The notes beneath the pieces are model-generated. The model did no database searches. It had not been told where the DNA came from and worked only from the letters and a program-made list of their open reading frames with translations. Positions 48,561 through 53,269 of a DNA stretch of 53,269 nucleotides are shown here, piece after piece. Origin of the DNA: Gracilinanus agilis (lineage: Eukaryota); NCBI RefSeq assembly GCF_016433145.1, contig NC_058130.1:767559816-767613084 (forward strand). Reading direction: 5' to 3'. The first letter of the stretch is position 1. Each line of letters begins with the position of its first letter. The position numbers and the translations under genes were made by a program.

Positions 48561-51500
48561 GCTATATCAAAAGCCAGGAAGACCTGGGTTAAGACCTGCC
48601 TCTTATACATACTGGATGTGTGACTCTAGGCAAGATACCTGACCCCTTTGTGTTCTAGGCAACTTCTAAGACAGTCATTTGCAGGTAAAGGGAGTTTTCT
48701 TACCTAAGAAGTTCTCTCTACTAAAGAAACCACAGGTCCATCTAGTTGCTATCCCCATTTTCTTTACACTTATTTTGCATATACTTTTATGTCTTCTCTA
48801 GAATATAAACTCCTCATGGGAAGAATTGTGTCATTCTTTGTATTTTTTTTTATCTCCAAAATCTAACACGACACTAAACACATTAGGCAGTGCTCACTAA
48901 ATGCTGGATGATTGAGTGGAAAGAGCCCTAGATTTAGGACTCCACTCAGAGGTCCTTCCATATGCTACTCCCCTACTCTTAGAGCTATGAGATTGCCAAA
49001 CAGGGTGAGGAAAAGCACTCCCCACACACACACACAAATACTTCCTTTCCAGTTAAGGGTCTCCAAGGATATCAGAGAAATTCCCTTAACTTCTGTGGCC
49101 CTCAGTAAATGACTACAGTAAATGAGCAGGGTTGCCTAGATGACCTCTGAGATCTCTTCCAACTCTAAGAAACTGGGTCCAAATCCCATCTCTGCCATTT
49201 TCTAGCTGTGTGATTTTTAGGATGTCACTTTACCTCCCCCTGGTCCTCAATTTCTTCATCTGTAAAATAATGAAGTTGGATTAGATACATCTGGGGTTCT
49301 TGCAGTTCTAAAATTCTGATCCCTTGGTAACATCCAAGTTTCAGAGTTTTTAAAGTTACCACATACTCAGTTCCTTGTAAATAACAGAGGGGTTTAAATG
49401 TGTGTGTGAAAAGATGTCTTTCTAACTAGCACCATCTAGCTCAAACTTTGTAAAAATACCAACCTAATCTGAAAAGAAACTAAAATTTAAAAAAGGATTA
49501 GAAAGCTCTGCATAATCTGGTTGATAGTTTCTCCCTCTTGCTATTGCCTTAATAACTAGACTCGGCAATCTTGTATTTTACATTCTTTTATGAGATTCAA
49601 GACTATAAAGGGAAAACTATAAAAGAACAGAGACCCTACACTCAAAAAGACAGAAGATTTCAATGTCTTGAAAGTTGCTCAAAATCCTTTTGTGGGCTCC
49701 CGAGAACAAGTTAATCAAGAACACAGCTGAACACCACTTCCTTAAACATAAATGGTTTAACAAAGTTAGAGTCCTCAATTTGATCAAACAATAAAACTGT
49801 GAATTCAAAACTTCCTCTATCCCCCAAAGAAGTACTAAAACTTCAAGAATATATGAAAAAGACTCAAGAGATGCTATAGGCTTAGCCTTGGAGCAGAAGC
49901 AGGATACTGTCCCTGAATTTCACATCTTTGAGAAACAACCCTGCTCTCTAGGTAGCAGCCCCTGTTTAACATGCAAGTGCATGCCACCATTAATGGTGTC
50001 ACAAACATACCAAGCAGGACAATGCCAGGCATACAGTTTGGCACTGCTGATTGATATGTCATCCCCACACAAAAAGAGTCAGGAGGATTACTACCAAAAA
50101 TGTAAATAACAAGGGGAGGAGGGGTTCGGGGGACAAGACTAAGACATTCTTCTTTAGTCTTCATTTTGGCCAAGTATTTGCAGCATTAGAACTGAGGTCA
50201 GTAATAAATTCTTCTGTAATCATCGTGTTCGGCTTTCTCAAGAAGGAGGTTACAGGACAGATTGGGCTTTCTCTCCTCTCCCAGGCCACCACATTTGGAT
50301 CATTTCTAGAGCTCCACATAGTCTGCTGTGTCTTTAGCTCAACATCCAGAGGGAGTTACCCAATCAGTAACTTGGGCTGTTTTTACATTGTACTGGAGAA
50401 CAAGGAAGCTATTCAATTACACACAAAATGGAGCTACTAGCAACATGTGTGCTTCTCAGATCATTTGTAAAAAGCTATTTTCAAAGTCATTAGGTTTCCT
50501 CCAATATTCCCTACAGACTCCAAGGATATTCCGTTGGAAAATCTTAAGCTAATGCAGGGATTCTTAACATTTTTGTGTGTCTTGGACTCTTTCTGGTGAC
50601 ATCTATGGGTCCCCTTCTCAGAATAATGTTAAAGGCATAAAACTAAAAAATGTAAAGGGAATGAATTATATTGACAAAAAATTATTGGAATACTAAAAAA
50701 ATTCAATGGGCTCCAAATTAAGAACTACTAAAATTCTAAAGGCACATACATATCCTTGGCTGAATTAATCACCTCCAACTTGCAGAATATAAAAGGGGCC
50801 TAAAGATCCTTTCTAGCCTAATAATTGAAGTTCTTCAATTTACCTGGCCTTTTCATTTTCTAAAAAATGAGCACAAGTAACGGAACAGATAAACTAGTAT
50901 GGGGTACCCTAGAGAACTCCTTAAGGTCTTCTCTTCTGCAAAACCCAAACAGTAACCAAGGATTTAGGAATCTATCTTTCTATAGGAGTTTTTTTTACCA
51001 CAAGGCCTAGCAGGGAGAGACAAGAAGGATGGGGAGGGGAACCCTGGGAAATGCTGTTTTCCTTTTGGAAGAAAGAAGCAGCAAGGGCTCAGGATCCCAC
51101 TGGGCCATGGGTTTGGAAGCAATTCAAGACAACACTAAACTCCAAGCCATCCCTAAAAACTCCTCTTCTGGATTAGAAGTGAAGGTCAAGGAGTAGCCTA
51201 CCTCACCCATATCACTGAAAATATCTCTGGGTGGGGGAACAGGAGCCAAAAGGTTGGCTTTGGTCCAGGAGTGGTTCTGAGATACCCCCTGCTAGGAGCA
51301 GCTCTCCAAAGGGATGAAAGGTTGTTTTGAGATCTCTGCAGAGCAGAACCAAACCTCTACTACTTAATACTTTTTGGGGATAGCCTTAAGACTCCTCCAG
51401 GAGAAGTTATCTTGGGGTGGTAGCAGTCTGGGGGCTGAGTGCTTTCGTGGGAAGACCAAGGACCCTACTGTTCTGAGAGTTCCTCCCATACAACACTTAG

Positions 51501-52329
51501 GGGGCCCCAGGATAGACGGGATGTGGTCTAGGAGTAATCTACAGTCACTAGACCCCTGTAAACCTTCCACTTTCTAGGATCCTTTCACATGCTACGTACC
51601 CCTATCTCCTAGAGATATGGGGATGGCCAAAAGAGAGTGAGGAAAAGCGCCTCTCCCCCTTAACTACTGAAAATACTTCCTTTCAAGTTAAGGGCCTCCA
51701 AGGATGTCAAAGAAGTTTCCTTGACTTCTCTGGACTTCAGTGTCCTCATCTGTAAAATGAGCTGGTGGCCTAGATGACCTCTGAAGTTTCTTCCCAATCT
51801 AAGTGTGGGGGCATAAAGTGCTGAGTACCTAACTTCAGGAAAGCTTCTCCCAAAAGGGGGGGCGGGGGGCCGGGTTGGATTCCAGGTGTAGACCGGAGAG
51901 CACTAATACTCTGAGGCTTTCCTCTGACTCTGGAGGGTAAGGAAGCCCTCAGAAATCCAGGGAGGGTCAGTTTGGGGGCTCAGGAATTGCTGCAGGATCA
52001 CCTGACCTAGGAGGGTGTGCAGTTTCCAGATAAGAGAGCAGCCCCCTCCTACCCCTCAGGGAGCATTTCCTGGCCTGCAGGTCAGGGTTGGGGGGGGGGG
52101 GGTTCAGAATGCAAGAAAGAGTGTCTTTAAGCACATCAGGCAGGGCTGGGGCTAGACTCCAGTTGAAGGACAAGAGAGGTTTCTGCGGGGACAGGAACAA
52201 GTTCCCGGGAGGGGACAACACAAAAAGGAGCAGCAATGAAACAAACAACACAGAAGAAAACCAAAAGTTCAGAGGGGCCACAATCGGGGCATTTGGTTAC
52301 TATCTTGTCAAATTTAATTTAAGCTTTTA

Positions 52330-53269
52330 AGAAACAACTACGTAACACAAGTGTCCGCTGGCACGTTCAAAGCCCTTCTTGGGTCCTCGGCGTCCTGGAG
52401 GAAGGCGCTTCCACGGGGGATGATTGGATTCCCCTCCAAGAAAGACTCGAGATTTCACAAGGGGCCACCGGGGTTCGGGCTCGGGAGGCGCCGGGGCCCC
52501 AAAGTCAAGCCCCCAAGAGTTCAGAGCACCACCGGCCTGGAGGCAGAGCCAAGAGAGAGGAGACCCCCTCACCCCGCCAGGGCCAGGAGCGAAAAAGCAG
52601 CGAGAGGAGAGGGCGCGCGAGGCCCCGGGGAGGCTGCGGTGAGCAGATCCGGGAGAGGAGAGGGGGGAGCGCGGCCCCAAGGCGGTGACGCGCAGAGCTA
52701 GGAGGAGCGCGCGAGGAACAGGTCAGGGAGGGAGAGTACGAAGCCCCGAAGAGGGGGCGGCGGCGTGCGGACCAGGGAGGAGAGAGGAGAGAGCGCACAG
52801 AGTGGAGTGGTGGGAGAGAGCGCGCTGCTCCGAAGAAGCGGCGGCGCGCGGACCTGCTAGGGAAGAGAGGAGCACGCGCGGCCCCGAGGAGGCGGCGGGG
52901 GCGCGCGAAGCAAAGAGGGGGCGGGGACGGAGGTTCCCGGGGCTGAGGGGGCCGCAGAAGGGGGAGGGGGCGCCGCTGCAGGCCTAGAGGCGGGCAGGGG
53001 TGGGGGGAAGGGAAGAAGCAGCAGCTCGGGGCAGGGACCGGGAGGGGACCAGGCCCCGGGGGAGCCGAGGCCTCACCTGGGGTCCTCGAAGCGTACGAAG
53101 GCGAAAGGAGCCAGGCCCCGGCGGTTCTTGAGTTCGATGTCCCGGATGCGGCCGTACTTGTAGAACAGGTCCTCCAGGTCTTTCTCCCTCACGTCCGCCG
53201 GGAGGTTTCCAACGTAGATCCTCCCGTCGTTGTCGTGGCCCCGGTCATCTTCATCCGCCCAGCCCGACA
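52330..53269. promoter_or_regulatory. CpG island over SRSF9 exon 1 and 5' intron 1
   Basis: Very high GC and CpG density against a CpG-depleted background. Confidence 0.85.
53077..53269 (-). CDS. SRSF9: SRSF9 coding exon 1 (start codon truncated by window edge), (M)[63 protein letters not shown]
   Basis: RRM1 RNP2 IYVGNL and RNP1 PFAFVRF. The window ends at TG of ATG. Donor AG|GTGAGG at 53076. Confidence 0.96.

Noticed and set aside
50051-50440. 129-aa ORF and a weak cryptic exon in SRSF9 intron 1
   Set aside because: No protein similarity, and the donor TGG|GTAACT is weak, so support is insufficient.
52327-52987. Several 70-117 aa Arg/Gly/Pro-rich ORFs
   Set aside because: Stop-poor CpG-island sequence of SRSF9 intron 1.

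Overview
Marsupial genomic DNA, most likely a didelphid opossum. The evidence is the abundant SINE1_Mdo-type CORE-SINEs, Mar1/MIR, L1, L2 and hAT MITEs; repeat family names are from recall and were not run through RepeatMasker. The last 20 kb hold a compact housekeeping cluster syntenic with human 12q24.31. It contains COX6A1 (+, 3 exons, 109 aa), TRIAP1 (-, 2 exons, 76 aa), GATC (+, 3 coding exons here, 165 aa) and SRSF9 (-, 4 exons, 220 aa). The SRSF9 ATG is cut by the window edge, with its A at position 53270. TRIAP1 and GATC share a 136-bp bidirectional promoter. The first 33 kb contain no recognisable protein-coding exon. They are a repeat-dense intergenic tract, upstream of MSI1 by synteny (inferred), with five assembly gaps, four of them beside GATA/GACA-type microsatellite. 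I found no convincing novel biological system. The best second-look items are: (1) candidate poison/NMD splice events in SRSF9 introns 2 and 3; (2) an N-terminally extended, apparently fused first coding exon of GATC; (3) a possible in-frame alternative first micro-exon of COX6A1 that would remove the mitochondrial presequence; (4) a locally copied, inverted SINE-plus-flank duplication; (5) a 230-bp solo-LTR-like insert with a ZNF143-type motif nested in a SINE; (6) OC1-like hAT elements; (7) an old 220-bp duplication in SRSF9 intron 1; (8) RFX and SOX/PBX-HOX motif clusters in unique intergenic DNA.
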